A DNA stretch of 53,045 bases, taken from positions 1-53,045 of the forward strand of contig MQRK01249798.1 of assembly GCA_001938485.1 (NCBI GenBank). The letters are read 5' to 3'. This DNA is from Girardia tigrina (taxonomy: Eukaryota). Positions within the stretch are counted from its first letter, which is position 1, and every line of letters starts with the position of its first letter. This document shows, piece by piece, positions 23,229 through 36,022 of the stretch. The notes below the pieces were generated by a model. It saw nothing but the letters and a program-made list of their open reading frames with translations. It searched no databases and was not told where the DNA came from. Made by a program: the position numbers and the translations under genes.

Positions 23229-23771
23229 TATTAATTTCAATTTATGTTAAATATATGAGAGAAAGTAAAATTAAACAAAAATGAAACTCACGTAACAGTA
23301 AAATTTACATATTTATCACATTTGTGATTTATATAAATATTTTTCAAGTGACAAAAGCAATTTTATTTTCTCATATATTTCGACATCATTTCCGTTTATA
23401 ATTAAACTTGTCGCGATCGTTGTCAGCGTACAATCGAAAGATTTTGGATTATAATTATTAAATATTTTGTTCCACTACTTTTTGTTCAAGAATTATGTTG
23501 TGTAAGTTTAATCTCCTCTGTTTTAAATTTATTTTTTATTCATAAAATCTTAAATATTATAAGGGTCCCTAGATACACATAATTTATGAACACGTTCTCT
23601 TTTTTGAAAAAAGCGTTATGAAAAAGATATTGTACTGAAACATTTTTATTATACAATTGTATCTCTTTTTCCGGAACAATTTGCTCATTTGCCGTATTTT
23701 CGGATTTTAAAATTCAAAAAATGAGAACTTTTAAAAGACATTTTGTTAATTAAAAAAGTATTAGTGATTAC

Positions 23772-23960
23772 TAGGGCAACCGGGTTGCAAAAAGTTGCAA
23801 AATTTGCAACTCTTTGTAACTTCTGCAACTTTTTAATATTTTCGCAACTCTTTTTTAACTTTATTATATATAAATGAAAAGAATTCATATATATATATAT
23901 ATATATATATNNNNNNNNNNNNNNNNNNNNNNNNNNNNNNNNNNNNNNNNNNNNNNNNNN

Positions 23961-24011
<51 letters not shown>

Positions 24012-24649
24012 TATAATTTAATTATTCATTAAACTTTGTTTTAAAAATCAGGATTTAATTGAAAACAACATATTTTTTTAAAATGAGTCTTAGGAATTGA
24101 AAGAAAAACAATAAAAAATAAGCCGATATATGCACATATATTGATAATAGGCTAAATAGGAATGATGTCGGAAAAAGAGCATTATCGAAAAAGGATTTAC
24201 TTTCTCCATCTAAATATCTAATTTTTGGAAATTGTCCTGCAACTTCACTAGCTGTATAAAGAAGTTTTTCAATGCTGAAAAATTGTAATAAAATATTTCA
24301 TGATTTATTACAACACATTATCATTTTCTGATAATACAAAAATAATTGAGGAGTATTTGTCTGGTTGGTCGAGTCATTTAGAATACAATAAAAATTACCA
24401 AATCATCTTTTTACTTTATGAATTTTACTTTGATATGAATAATCTATATTTAACTGAGACGTTTTTTTATGTTTATGTTAAAGAACAAAAATAACAGATG
24501 CAGTATCTGAACAAATTTACCATTTTCTAATAAAATGTTAAGCAAATCTTGATATGTTTAAAATGAACAAAAAGTTGCAAATTTTTAAAATTGATTTGCA
24601 ACTTTTACAACTTTATTTGAAACTTTTTGCAACTTTTCCGGTTGGCCTA
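23772..24649 (+). mobile_element. Non-autonomous hAT element
   Basis: TIRs TAGGGCAACCGG / CCGGTTGGCCTA; 8-bp TSD GTGATTAC / TTGATTAC; internal PATSLAV*RSFSMLK dimerization-domain remnant. Spans an (AT)n/N gap. Confidence 0.85.
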
Positions 24650-25539
24650 TTGATTACCGTTGCTGCGTTACTTACCAACATACACTAACAATTTCAATAC
24701 CAAAAATCAATTAAAATCTTAATATCAATTAAGAAAAAATATCAAATAATAAGAAACAAAAAATTAATACAAATATAAAATAAATATCGAAACGATTTAA
24801 TTTAATTTTGTTTACAAAATCAAAAAATGGGTAAAGCATGGTGTTCCATCCGATTTATAGGTTGCGCATAAGACCGGACGGGGTAGCAGAGACATGGTAC
24901 TCGGGAATTGCGTGCTGAGTCCATGTTATATTATTCAGACTGATCATCATGAAAGTGGTTTACTAAAATTTGGCAAGTAAAATCAAATTCAAAAAAATCA
25001 AGTTCAAAATCATTTAATTTCCGTCCCAAATCATGAACAAAGTAAATTCGTACAAAAATATTCGTTTTTAAAAAAATGTGAATTCGTTCAGACGGTTCGA
25101 TTTAATCGTTAGACCAATAATTCGTGTAATAATATCACTAAAATTCAAAATGTTATTTCATCTAACAAGAATTTCAAATCGATAAAATGTCACGGAAAAA
25201 CATATTTATCTCAATTCAATAAAAATTAGTCAAAGAAAATTCTTTGGCACAGCAATTCATAAATATTTTTTTAAAGTAATTAATTAATTTAATTTCTTGT
25301 ATTTTTTTAAATTTTCGGCTATTTCTGAAGCAGTTATTGTTGGTTTCCTTCTTAGAAATTGGTCGATAGCAACAGTATCGCCCTTTTTAATTTCTTTTGG
25401 AAGACTAACCTCTTTAATTTTTTCTAAAGGAATATTATTTTTCCATTTCTTTATAATAAAACTTGATATTACTTGTTGGAATATTTGTTTTTCTCGAAGG
25501 TTCCGCGAGATTTAGAGTTTTTTCCCAAAAATTACGGCT

Positions 25540-26009
25540 GGAAAATAGAGGAACGACAATTCAATCTGGAAGAAATAAGGACATTGGAAGTATTAACAAC
25601 ATCAATATGAGTTTTACAACATTTATTAATACCACAACCGCATTCACTATTTGACATCTCTCTTGATCAATATTTTTTTCTGCCTTCAAACTAATTAAAT
25701 TCAATAAATGAAAATCTGTTAATAGCAATTATTAATTATAAGAATCTAATTGGTTAAAATTAAATCTAAACATTTTTTTTAAAAAATAGAACATATTAAA
25801 TTAATATATTAAAATTTTTAATTACATTAAAAATAAATAATACATGCAATAATTATTTAAAAATCTTTTTACTTTAAAATTAAATTAAATTATTTTTAAT
25901 TAGTATAAATCAAAGAAAATATCAATCATCTATCTGTGCAGGAGAGACACAATCCGAATCAACATTCTACATGCACAATATGAACACATAATTCAAAACA
26001 TTCCTCACA
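25540..26009 (-). repeat. TGTGAGG / Cys-rich module, copy B
   Basis: Terminus at 26009; ATG at 25657 gives MSNSECGCGINKCCKTH. Confidence 0.65.
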
Positions 26010-26440
26010 GGAAGGTTCCGGAAATCCCTAATGAATATTTGGAAGATATCTCGTATGATTATCCTGACGTTGAGACCATTTTTCAGCAATTGAGGAGTTT
26101 GTTAGAGATACCTAATGATGTTCTTTCAGAAAAGTACTTTTCTGCAGATGACTGCAGATTGGAATATCTGGATAATTAAGTCATAATGAAATCGTTTCCT
26201 CCTTGGCGAGAGGATCTCTGAGTGAGCCCTTGAACTCTGAATTAGACTGCTAAGAAGAAAACAACTCCAGCAGTAACTCAATCAACTTCCAGAGATTCTC
26301 TTAAAGCAATAAAAAAGTACGAATCTTCTTCTTCTTTCTCTAACCCACTGAAAGCTTTGAATAATATCTAAACAATCATTCAACAAGCAGTTTTTGAAGA
26401 ACAATACAAAAATTAATTCTTGATCATTTTCCGTGCTTGT
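26010..26440 (+). mobile_element. Tigger/pogo transposase C-terminal remnant
   Basis: Acidic region EKYFSADD...DSLKAIKKY...LNNI, typical of pogo tails; many stops. Confidence 0.4.
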
Positions 26441-27529
26441 GATCGTAATAAAATGTTATTCACAATATTTTAAAAATTATAGTCTAATAATGTTTATTAA
26501 TAATATTTTCAGCATTATTCATTGTTTATTATGCATATTAAAAAAGCTTTTTCAGCAAAGATTTTTTAATTAAAAATTATATTGTAAAATTTATTTAATA
26601 AAATTCATCACGTGAGGATTGTCCTTTTATCATTATCACAATGGTTGATAAATTGCTGCGTCTTAGGTAATGGAAGGTGGTGCTATGGCTATATCGAACT
26701 ACGGCTATATCGAAATTTATTTTACCAAATGGCACTTCGACATATGCAGAGTCCACAGTATATATCACCACCCGCTCTAACTGTACCATTTGGTCCATCG
26801 ACGTTTATTGGAGAAAGGTTGGACCTAGATTCTCTTCCTTACTGTCGTTTCTCGATACTTTAAGATTTGATTTAATGTCCGACTTTGTCCCACTTAAAGC
26901 ATGGAGTGTCCAAGCTGATCGCATCCGATACATTGAAATTTGTTGTGAATCATTACAACCACTGGGAGAAACTTTTGGATGATTGACCTAATCTGAGTCA
27001 TATTTGCCGTTAATTAAATTAATTAACTTTTATGTTTTTAGTAAAATTTTTAAAATGAGTAATTTAATAATAAATAAGCAAATGAATATTTAATATGTAA
27101 ATTAAAAATTCGTTTTTGCGATTACCTTTGATAAAGTCGGTATTGCTTATCAAAGAAATAACTATTAACTGTTATAAAAGAAACTACTAATTAGACTATT
27201 AATTATTAAGTTTAAATGTTTGATAATTATTTTTAAAAAGTTTAGTTGTTTTTTAAATGTAAAAAAAACAATTGTTTAAAGGAAACATAAAAAGCGGAAT
27301 CATCGCACAATTTTTTTAACAAAATTATTGATAAAAATTATTCTTGGTTTGTAAAATTTGATATTGTCGAAATTATCAAAAGATTTCAATATCACGCCAA
27401 TTAGCGATAATAGTGAATTGAATAGTTAGAGTGAAGAAATAAATCTTTCACATCAACGATCTTGTATTCGGATTGATAATAAATGATAATCGAAATCAAG
27501 CTATTACAAGACAACCGACAGGAAACGGA

Positions 27530-28037
27530 AAGGAAATATAAAAGAGAATGAGAAATGGTCCTTGTAAGGGCCACAAATAATGATTGGATGAGAAATGCGG
27601 CTACTTACTTCTTTGTTATGTTGCTGAGGTGATATCTTTTTAGCCATGTTGACTACACTTTGAATTTTAAATCATCGTCCAATCTTGGCTGTACCAAAAT
27701 GCTTCGATCGGATCATAATGGCATGTTGTTTGATTTAAGCAACTGAAACATCCAAACGATCATACAGTATAATTTTCTTTTTATCAAGAAGTAGCCATGC
27801 ATCAGATTTGCTCAAACTTAACACTCGGTGCAATTCTCTTTTAATTTTCTTAGCAATTCTTTAATAATCCTTCGAAAATATATTTCACGTGTCATATGCC
27901 CGGTCGTCTAAAAACATAACCAAGATTAAGTCATTTTTCCATTAAATCATCCACCTCAATGCAAAACTCGAATTTTCGACCCAACACTCGACATTCTCTC
28001 CACTATCGAATTTATTCAGATTTTTGATTACTTCCAT
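27530..28037 (-). mobile_element. Degraded gag-like ORF
   Basis: MEVIKNLNKFDSGENVECWV-KFEFCI...LDDRAYD; frameshifted. Confidence 0.45.
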
Positions 28038-28711
28038 TGTTACGATCGTTTGTTACAAATCGATAATTAGATTTTTAAAAGTGATTTATTTCTATTTACA
28101 ATAGTTGTTCTATTTAAACAAACATAACACCAAAAATTTAATTATATTTTTAATTTTTTTATGTTAGAAAAAATATTTGTAAAATTTCTTGCTTAAAGAG
28201 GGAAAATTATACGTAAAAACCATTAAGGTTTTTGTTTTAAAATTGTTTGAATTGAGTGAATTTATTTTTCGGTATTAAAATTTCAATTATATGTAAAATT
28301 ATATGGCGAAAAAATAATTTGTTGTTAAAAATAGAGTTATTTTGAATTAATAGAGGATCTTTTGTTTTGATAAATATAATTATTATAAATAAGAAATATA
28401 TCATACAAATTATGAAAGTGTATATTTGAACTACGACAGTAAAGTTTTATGTAATGAGTTTATCTTATATTGTCTTCATAAAAACAAGATGTACAATGAA
28501 GTGAACCTGAGAGACGGTTTGAAAGACTGTTTGAATAAAAAGGTCGAATGTATGTTTTATTTTTTGTAGAAGGTTGAGATTGATAAAATCACGAAAGCGG
28601 ATTTAAATAAGAATGTTTGGTACGTTTAAAAGAGTGAGCTAAAACCGGTCAACCAATTTATATTACTTCTTTTTAAACGTAATTTTTAATAACTAATTAT
28701 TTTATAATTAA

Positions 28712-28932
28712 CCCTAATTACCATGGGACGAGTCTTCGAAACTCATTTCAAAATTACCTTTTTTTAATAACTCTAATTTTTTCCACAAATATTTTGCAAT
28801 TTTTAATATTTTTGTATCAATTGAATTTTTCAAATATATGGATTTAATAAATTTTCTGTGTTAATTTTACTATGAGTCTAAAAGACTCGTCGTAGGGTGT
28901 TACGCATATAAAATGATCCAGGGTAATTAGGG
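28712..28932. mobile_element. piggyBac-type MITE (221 bp)
   Basis: TTAA|CCCTAATTACC...GGTAATTAGGG|TTAA, plus internal inverted GACGAGTCTT / AAGACTCGTC. Confidence 0.9.
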
Positions 28933-29389
28933 TTAATATATTATTGAACTGTATAATTTAATGTATTTACTTACTTTGTAAATACTTTCTTAAAACTATT
29001 TTTTTAATAAAAAATAATATTTAAATATTTCATTTTTTAGAAAATCTCATTTTAAAGGATTAATTTTTCACATTTTATCTTAAGAGTAAATATCTATTTA
29101 ATATAATTTATATGGTATTAGATAATATTATTGTATTTATTATTAAAATTCTTACACGTAAAAGAAAATATTTTAAAAATATTGAAGAAAATATTATTTA
29201 AATATACAAAAATTTGTATTCATTAATTTGCTTAGATAAACATTTGTAATTTTTGAACACAAAATTGTTCAGTTTGGTAATAAAGACTAAAGAAAACAAT
29301 TGAGCTCACAAATACAAATATTTGAATTATATTTTTTATACTATATTTTCTCAAGACAAAATGATTATCAAACTTTTATTTATACTATA

Positions 29390-29849
29390 TGTGAGGAATA
29401 TTTGGTGTGTGGATGTTTTTGTGTAGTTTTTGCATGTTTAAATATTGTATGTTGATTTCGGATTGTGCCTCTCCTAACCAGATGGATTATCAATATTTAA
29501 TTTCTTATAATCTGAAACTAATTTATTTAAATTTAGATTTAATATTCAAATTTTTAATTTTTATTATTGCAACTTTTAAATAAGTTTACTGATTTTATTT
29601 TTGTAAATTTTTAAATAATTAAAATCAAATTAATGTTTAAAAATGGCTATAGAAATATTTTATTTCAGCCAATAAAATTTAAAGTAAATGTTCTTAAATA
29701 AAATAATCTTCTCAAGTATAGTTCAGATTATGACGGGAGATATTGAAAATTGATTGATGGATCTAAGTGAAAGCAATACTATTGGTCATCATAAAGATGA
29801 TAAAATTTGTGAATGTAATAAATGTTCTGTCAAATGTGTTTTCTCTTAA
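29390..29849 (+). repeat. TGTGAGG / Cys-rich module, copy C
   Basis: Terminus at 29390; ATG at 29757 gives MDLSES...KICECNKCSVKC. Confidence 0.65.
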
Positions 29850-31049
29850 CACTATATAAAACATATTATTGAAATTAATTAAATAATTCAAAGAATAATT
29901 TTGTTGGATATAATAATATTATTATTAATAATAATACTTTTTATCAGTACTGTCATTATATTTTTACTATTTATTTTATAAAATAAATATTGGTTATTGA
30001 AAATATAATTCTGTTTATATTTTGTTCAATAATATATTTTGATGTCATCAGAATTCCAATAATGAGGGTTGTTGGAATCTTTAAACAAAATATTATATTT
30101 ATATACGTATTTTATATACATTTATATACGTAATTAATCGCGTACGTTAAAGTGTATTCGCTTTTTCTCTATTGAGAGTGATTTGTTTGAAGGAACCCAA
30201 TTTTGATGATATTATCAACTAATGCGCATGAATCAATACAAGAAAAATTAAATTAAAATAAATTCATATTATTCTTTATTTTCTTTGTTTATAATTAATA
30301 ATTTAAGTCTCCTGTCCCTTAATTAAATCAAATAATTTTATACATTTTAAGAATTTTACATTGTTTATATGAGTAGATCGTAGTTCATAAAAAAGATTTT
30401 GAAGGTATTTTGCTCAATTCGGATATTTACTAAATACAAAATGTGATCTTCAGAGATATAAAGTGTGTAAAAGAATTAACTGAACAAATTAAAGTTTAGT
30501 GAACTCTTTTAACGACTAAGATGGATAAATAAAATATAAGTAATAAATTTTAACTAAACTCTATTATATAAAATGGTAAATAGCTAACATATAGCAATAA
30601 TATATCGAGTTTGGTGATATAATTGTTTGACCGACCTAGAGAGAAATTCTTGGAATAAGAATTGGTTGTGGCTTTTGTGGAATTTGTATTGTAGAAATTG
30701 AGGAACGGCCAAGGGCAGTGTATATCAGAAATTAAGGTTGTTAAATTGTCAAACATTTATATCACAAAAAATGTATTAAAACTCCTTGTTGACAGTTGTA
30801 TAATTCCATGGTAAACTTCTTTTGGAAACTGAGATAAATTGGAAAGTTGATAAACCGACACAAAGAAATCCGAATTAAAATATTTCTAAATAGTATTTAT
30901 TAATTTATATTTTATTGATCCATATTATCTATATATAATTTATATATATATATATTGGGTTTTATATTATTTTAATTTTATTACTTTGTTGTACTGAGTG
31001 TTTAATTTGACCCAACATTTTATTTGGATTTGTCTCTCCTCTAAGTGTC

Positions 31050-31552
31050 TCTAACTCAAACTTATTAGAGATCCATATCGTACCCCATCAACTCCATCTG
31101 GCCTATTAACAGCATCACAATTTGAATGCAAACATTTATTTACAACACAAACAGATTCTTCACAACAATTTTCATTGGTCATCTTTCTTTGATTGATATA
31201 GTTTTTTGTTAATATATTCAAATCTAAAAAAACAAGGAATGGGAAAGTTTAATAATAAATTTTAATTTCTCATAATTTTTATTGGATAAAAGTCATTACA
31301 TAATTTTTAAATAAACATTAATTTTTAAAATATATTACATTTAATAAGTTAAAATCATTTAATGAAAATATTATTAAAATTCATAATTATCAAACTTTAA
31401 TTAATTAGTATTTAAAATTAATATCATTAAATTAATATCATTAGATTCAAATAATCAATCAATAAACATATCAATCCCATCTGAGTAGGAGAGTCACAAA
31501 TCTAAACAGCATACAAACAAAAAACTTACAACATTCCAAATTATCCCTCACA
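31050..31552 (-). repeat. TGTGAGG / Cys-rich module, copy D
   Basis: Terminus at 31552; ATG at 31182 gives MTNENCCEESVCVVNKCLHSNC. Confidence 0.7.
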
Positions 31553-32439
31553 TGGCCCTTTAATCTCGCCAGTGAAGTTGATGAAGTACCTATTGGGTTC
31601 TACATTTTATTTAAATATATTAGGTCTATGAAAGTTGACTTATGCTACTTCTATTTAATTAATGATTATCTTATATTTTCTCAGCATGTTTCTTTTTGAT
31701 TTGATTATTATATTTTTTATCATGATTTTATCATTTTTATACCAGATATTAAAGTTAAAAGAACATGAGTAAATTATATATAGACATTGTTTTATTAAAA
31801 TATAACAAGAAAACAAAAGAAAATGCTTATCAAAAGCAATCCACTCATCGTCCTTAGTCATCCAAATCTGATAGATTTACAAACTCTTCACCTTTACCAG
31901 TTGTGATAGAGCGGAACTGTAGGCGGTCACGATTCACCTTCTGAATCTTAAGTTTTGACTTGAGATCCAGACATTCTTGTTGTTCTATAGTCTCATGGAA
32001 ATAATTTGTTGGGAAAAATAACGAAATTTGATTAGAAGTATCAAAATCAGAAGACTCTCTTTGACTGGTGTCATTTCTGATTACTGTCTTTCCATCTTGG
32101 ACCTCAACCTCAATACGACTGGTTTTAAAAACAGCTTGCAGCTCACTCTTGGCCTGTTGAAACATTTGAGCTTTTCGCTTCCACTACTCATGCCACTTCT
32201 CGGATCTGCTGAGCACCTCAGAGGAAGATGATGCCATATCTTCTTTCATAATTGACCCATAAATTTTTGGGTTCATCACCAGAGGTTTCTTTTCCAAATT
32301 TAACCCAATATTGTTTGCTGTGTCTACAATTAACTCCGGTTGCTCTTCTGAGACTTTTTCTATCACCTTCTTGTAGTAGCTAGACATATTTTGCTGAATT
32401 CTCATCTCGGTGACCTAGTTTTTCAAAGACTTTATTTTT

Positions 32440-34161
32440 TGTTGTCCTAACAAATTTTATCCATAACCGGTTTATGAATTGATAGAGGAACTGAATGTTT
32501 TCTGTAGTCCTCAAATTCGGTTGTCATTATTAAACAGTTGTCATTTAAACAGTCTTCATCCTGATCATCTACATCTTCCCCGGAAATAGACTCGTAGGGA
32601 AATTGTTCAATCTGGTTTGAAACAGCCAAGTCTCGCAAAACTTTCTACCATACACATCATGGTTTGCTATATGCCAATCGTCAGGGTTCGAACTAAATCC
32701 TGATGATATTATTGAGTTTTGTATGGTTTCGGTATTCAATTCATTCAAAGATTCTCCGACCCATGAATTAACCAATTCCTTCGATGGTGGTTTTGGATTA
32801 CCCTTTTTGGTATAAACAACAGAATCAGAGTTCTTCCATTCATTAATGCAAAAATATATCAAATTTTTCAAGGAACGAAAAATTCCTATATCTTTTGCTT
32901 GTAGATAAGGTGTCAATCCCCCTGGGATCACGATCATTTCAACATTTCTCTTAACACAATGTTCTTTTACTTGTAGGCATAAATGAACTCGACACGAATC
33001 CCAAATGATACAATTACCGTTGCTTAAATCAATCAAAGGAAACATGGTTGATCCACTTTATAATTAACTCTTGGTTAACCCAGGATTTTGATTGAGTAGT
33101 ATACAAAATACGATTTTGTTTACAAATAGGACTTCCATCCTTTCCTTTATGGATCACCAAAGGTATTGTCTTCCTACCATCTGACCAAATAGAAATCAGT
33201 GCTGTTACTCTCATTGAACTAAAACCAGTTGATTTCATTACTACACGGCGTGCTCCGAGTAAATCCACAATATTTGTCTGGCATGCTCAAAAAATACTGC
33301 AGTTTCATCTATCATTAAAGTCTTTTTAATATTTAAATAAGTAAGACGATTTTTTAAATATTTTATATAATTAACAGCACGTAAAATTATGTCAGAGTCT
33401 GACAATGTTGTTAAATTGGTAGTTCACCTAAGTGTAAATCCATTTCTCTTCATAAACTCTTTTATCCAATTTCCAGTAGCCTTTAATTTAATATTAAACT
33501 CTTTACTCAATGCCACTGCCCTTTCAGAAATACAGGAGTGGCCATAAGTCGCTTTACCCAGTTTTAATAATAATAAACACAAAATTCTAAATGAAACAAC
33601 TTTTATTTAATCATTTAAAACTGGGTTAAGCGACTTATGACCACCCCTGTATACTTCCGACTAAATTTCCTTTTCGTATTCTAAGATCTATTATCTCATC
33701 ACAAATAATTTGTTCTATAGTTCCCAAACTGGTTTTCTTTCCTGCTCACAACGCCCTTTTCATTGATGGTTTTTGATTAGCAAGTTTGTCTCTGTTTCTA
33801 AACCCCTGTTGAAACATTGAATGATCAGATATTTCCCCGTTTTTAACTTCGAAATGCTGTTTTCCAGCATAACACGTTTTACCTTGCAACATAAACTCGA
33901 TTACTTCTTTTTTGAAAGTGATTGTAAACGATCATTTGGCCATAAGAATTTTTAAAATGGAATATTTATTAACATTAAAACAATTTAATTGAATGATTTT
34001 AAAAATTAATGATTTTTTTAAGTGATTTATAAAAACTTAAATAGTGATACTAATAGAGTCGTGATACTATTTAAATATTATCATTACAAATTTTTTGAAT
34101 TGGTGATATTATTTGGGTCGTGATACTATATGGGTTGGTGATACCAATTGGCGATATCCGT
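32440..34161 (-). mobile_element. pogo/Tc2-like (CENP-B HTH + DDE_1) transposon, decayed
   Basis: KATGNWIKSFMKRNGF, DETAVF, SDGRKTIPLVIHKG, QSKSWV, IIWDSCRVH and IPGGLTPYLQAKD; GTGATACTA subterminal repeats and TATCCGT-TA end. Confidence 0.9.
33533..33649. mobile_element. Tc1/mariner-type MITE (117 bp) nested in the pogo element
   Basis: TA|CAGGAGTGGCCATAAGTCGCTTTACCCAGTTTTAA ... TTAAAACTGGGTTAAGCGACTTATGACCACCCCTG|TA. Confidence 0.9.
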
Positions 34162-34386
34162 TAGTGAGGCATTGTAATCAAGAACGATGTTTTACTACGA
34201 AAGGTTTGTGTAGAGTTGTTTTGAAGGCAATTCGAGTTGTAATGTCAATAAAAGTAGTTTCAATCATATTTATATTTTACTTGTAAATTAATAGCTAATA
34301 ATTATCAAATATTATCTAAACTGTTAAAAATAAATTTAAATAACAAAAAATATATGTACTATTTATTTGAATTTGAAAATATGAAA

Positions 34387-35835
34387 TCAAAATTGGTAAT
34401 TTTTAACTTCATAAACTGAAGAATCATTTAAATCCTCTGCATTCTCCTCCAATTCAATTAACTCGTTCAATTCGTCATATAACTTGGAGCCTTGGTCCGT
34501 GAGATGAAATCCCGTCTGTTGAATGACATCCGTGATACAGCTTTCAGTGATCAATTCTCTCGGAATATCACTCTCTGGGTGTTGCATTAGGGTTAAGATT
34601 AAAACATCCAGAATCACGAGGAAATTTGTAAAGTCTTTTGTTAACAAAATTTGAGAGAAAACATCAAGCATTTCTCGATTAAACCAAAATTTCATCTGTG
34701 ATTCGGAACAAAATTTTGTTAAAAGACTCAAAAATACTAGAGCTTCTTCTTGGATTCTCGGTGGTCCTTTAGTCAGAGAGACCATAATAAAAGATATGAT
34801 ATTTGATGATAAAAAATGCTCAAATCCATCCGAATCCTCACTGGCCATGTTTGATAAGAATAAGAGCACCTCTTTCCAAGTATTGTTATCAACTAATGTG
34901 AACCTACAATCTATTTGTTGAATAATTTTGAATCGTAAAAGGAGTTGAAAGAGGTTTTTGATATCAAAGTAAACAGTATTAAACAATTTAAATATAGGAT
35001 AAATCATTTTTGGATGGTTTTCGGACATAATCTTTGAAAGGGTCTCGAGTACATAGTCGTCAGTTAAGATGTCTTTATATGTCGAAGTATTCTCTAATAA
35101 ATAAATCATTCCTAAAATTATATTTCCCTTCGATTTATAACAGCTTTTAACTAAAATAAGTTTTGATGTTTCCAATAACCTTGGAATGAAGGGTTCCAGT
35201 CTTTCAGAATTGAAATTAAATACATCTTTTATGATTTCGGATAAACATAATTCAAAAGAAGGGAAATAGAAACTTGTATGAAGGTTGTGTAAAAGATCGA
35301 CTATATTCATTTCCGTGAAAAAGAAACATACATCCTCCGAATGAGACGTTAATTTAGATACGAGTTTCAAAGTTGAAAGAAGAATTCCAAAATCATAGGT
35401 TTGAAATAGTAATTGTATAATCTCTTTAAAGGAATCATTGAAAAGTTTGGATATGGATCCCCATGAATTGGTGAAAATATTTGACAAATTATCTAAATAA
35501 TAAATTATATTTAAGGGATCAGTGTTGGATTTTACTTTAAACCAAAAAATATCTATTATTCCATTTTCGACGAAAAAATCCACGCTGTTCTCATAAGACT
35601 GGGAAATAAGTTGTAGAGTATTAAATGCCACTTCGTTTTGATCTTTGTTATCAACTTCCAGTAAAAATCTTATATAATTTATTTCTTGTTCCGAAGGGAG
35701 CGTTTCCGAAGAGTTAATATTTCGGTGTTTTTCTCTCAAAACTTCCTTGGATCTTAATCGGTCTTGGACAATTTGATCCTTGAATTTACGTTTAGATAAT
35801 TCAACGTTTTTATTTTGATTTTTCCAATTTCTCAT
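34387..35835 (-). CDS. Divergent intronless importin-alpha-like ARM-repeat protein, 482 aa
   Basis: IBB-like N-terminus (WKNQNKNVELSKRK...REKHRNI), ARM-like helices (KEVLLFLSNMAS, IQEEALVFLSLLT) and an acidic tail ending in YQF. Confidence 0.7.
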   Translation of the reverse strand: MRNWKNQNKNVELSKRKFKDQIVQDRLRSKEVLREKHRNINSSETLPSEQEINYIRFLLEVDNKDQNEVAFNTLQLISQSYENSVDFFVENGIIDIFWFKVKSNTDPLNIIYYLDNLSNIFTNSWGSISKLFNDSFKEIIQLLFQTYDFGILLSTLKLVSKLTSHSEDVCFFFTEMNIVDLLHNLHTSFYFPSFELCLSEIIKDVFNFNSERLEPFIPRLLETSKLILVKSCYKSKGNIILGMIYLLENTSTYKDILTDDYVLETLSKIMSENHPKMIYPIFKLFNTVYFDIKNLFQLLLRFKIIQQIDCRFTLVDNNTWKEVLLFLSNMASEDSDGFEHFLSSNIISFIMVSLTKGPPRIQEEALVFLSLLTKFCSESQMKFWFNREMLDVFSQILLTKDFTNFLVILDVLILTLMQHPESDIPRELITESCITDVIQQTGFHLTDQGSKLYDELNELIELEENAEDLNDSSVYEVKNYQF

Positions 35836-35977
35836 TTTGATAATATAAATTTTTTTAAATGTTATTTAAACAAAAAAAATATTTATAAATTAAAAAAACA
35901 AAATTCACCTGTAAATAAATGCAAAAATTATATAATCATATTTTTTGTATTTATATACAGGTGAATTAATTGTTAAT

Positions 35978-36022
35978 CAGTGATCTGAAGATAACGGTTC
36001 ATCCATCGAAATATATTATTAA
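35978..36022 (+). ncRNA. Minimal type I hammerhead ribozyme-like motif (degenerate)
   Basis: CTGAAGA - T AACGG TTCAT CCATC - GAAA - TATA - TT; stem II has mismatches. Confidence 0.6.

Noticed and set aside
23685-24008. 107-aa ORF with YI repeats
   Set aside because: Translation of a microsatellite and gap.
26595-26982. Three overlapping short ORFs in a GC-richer block
   Set aside because: No recognisable motif, so no frame can be supported as coding.
30010-30075. Minus-strand CTGATGA as a hammerhead core
   Set aside because: No properly placed GAAA and no convincing stem II.
29390-31552. Inward-facing TGTGAGG termini as TIRs of one element (also 22731-26009)
   Set aside because: There is no TSD, the arms are strongly diverged, and each has its own micro-ORF, so independent insertions are more likely.
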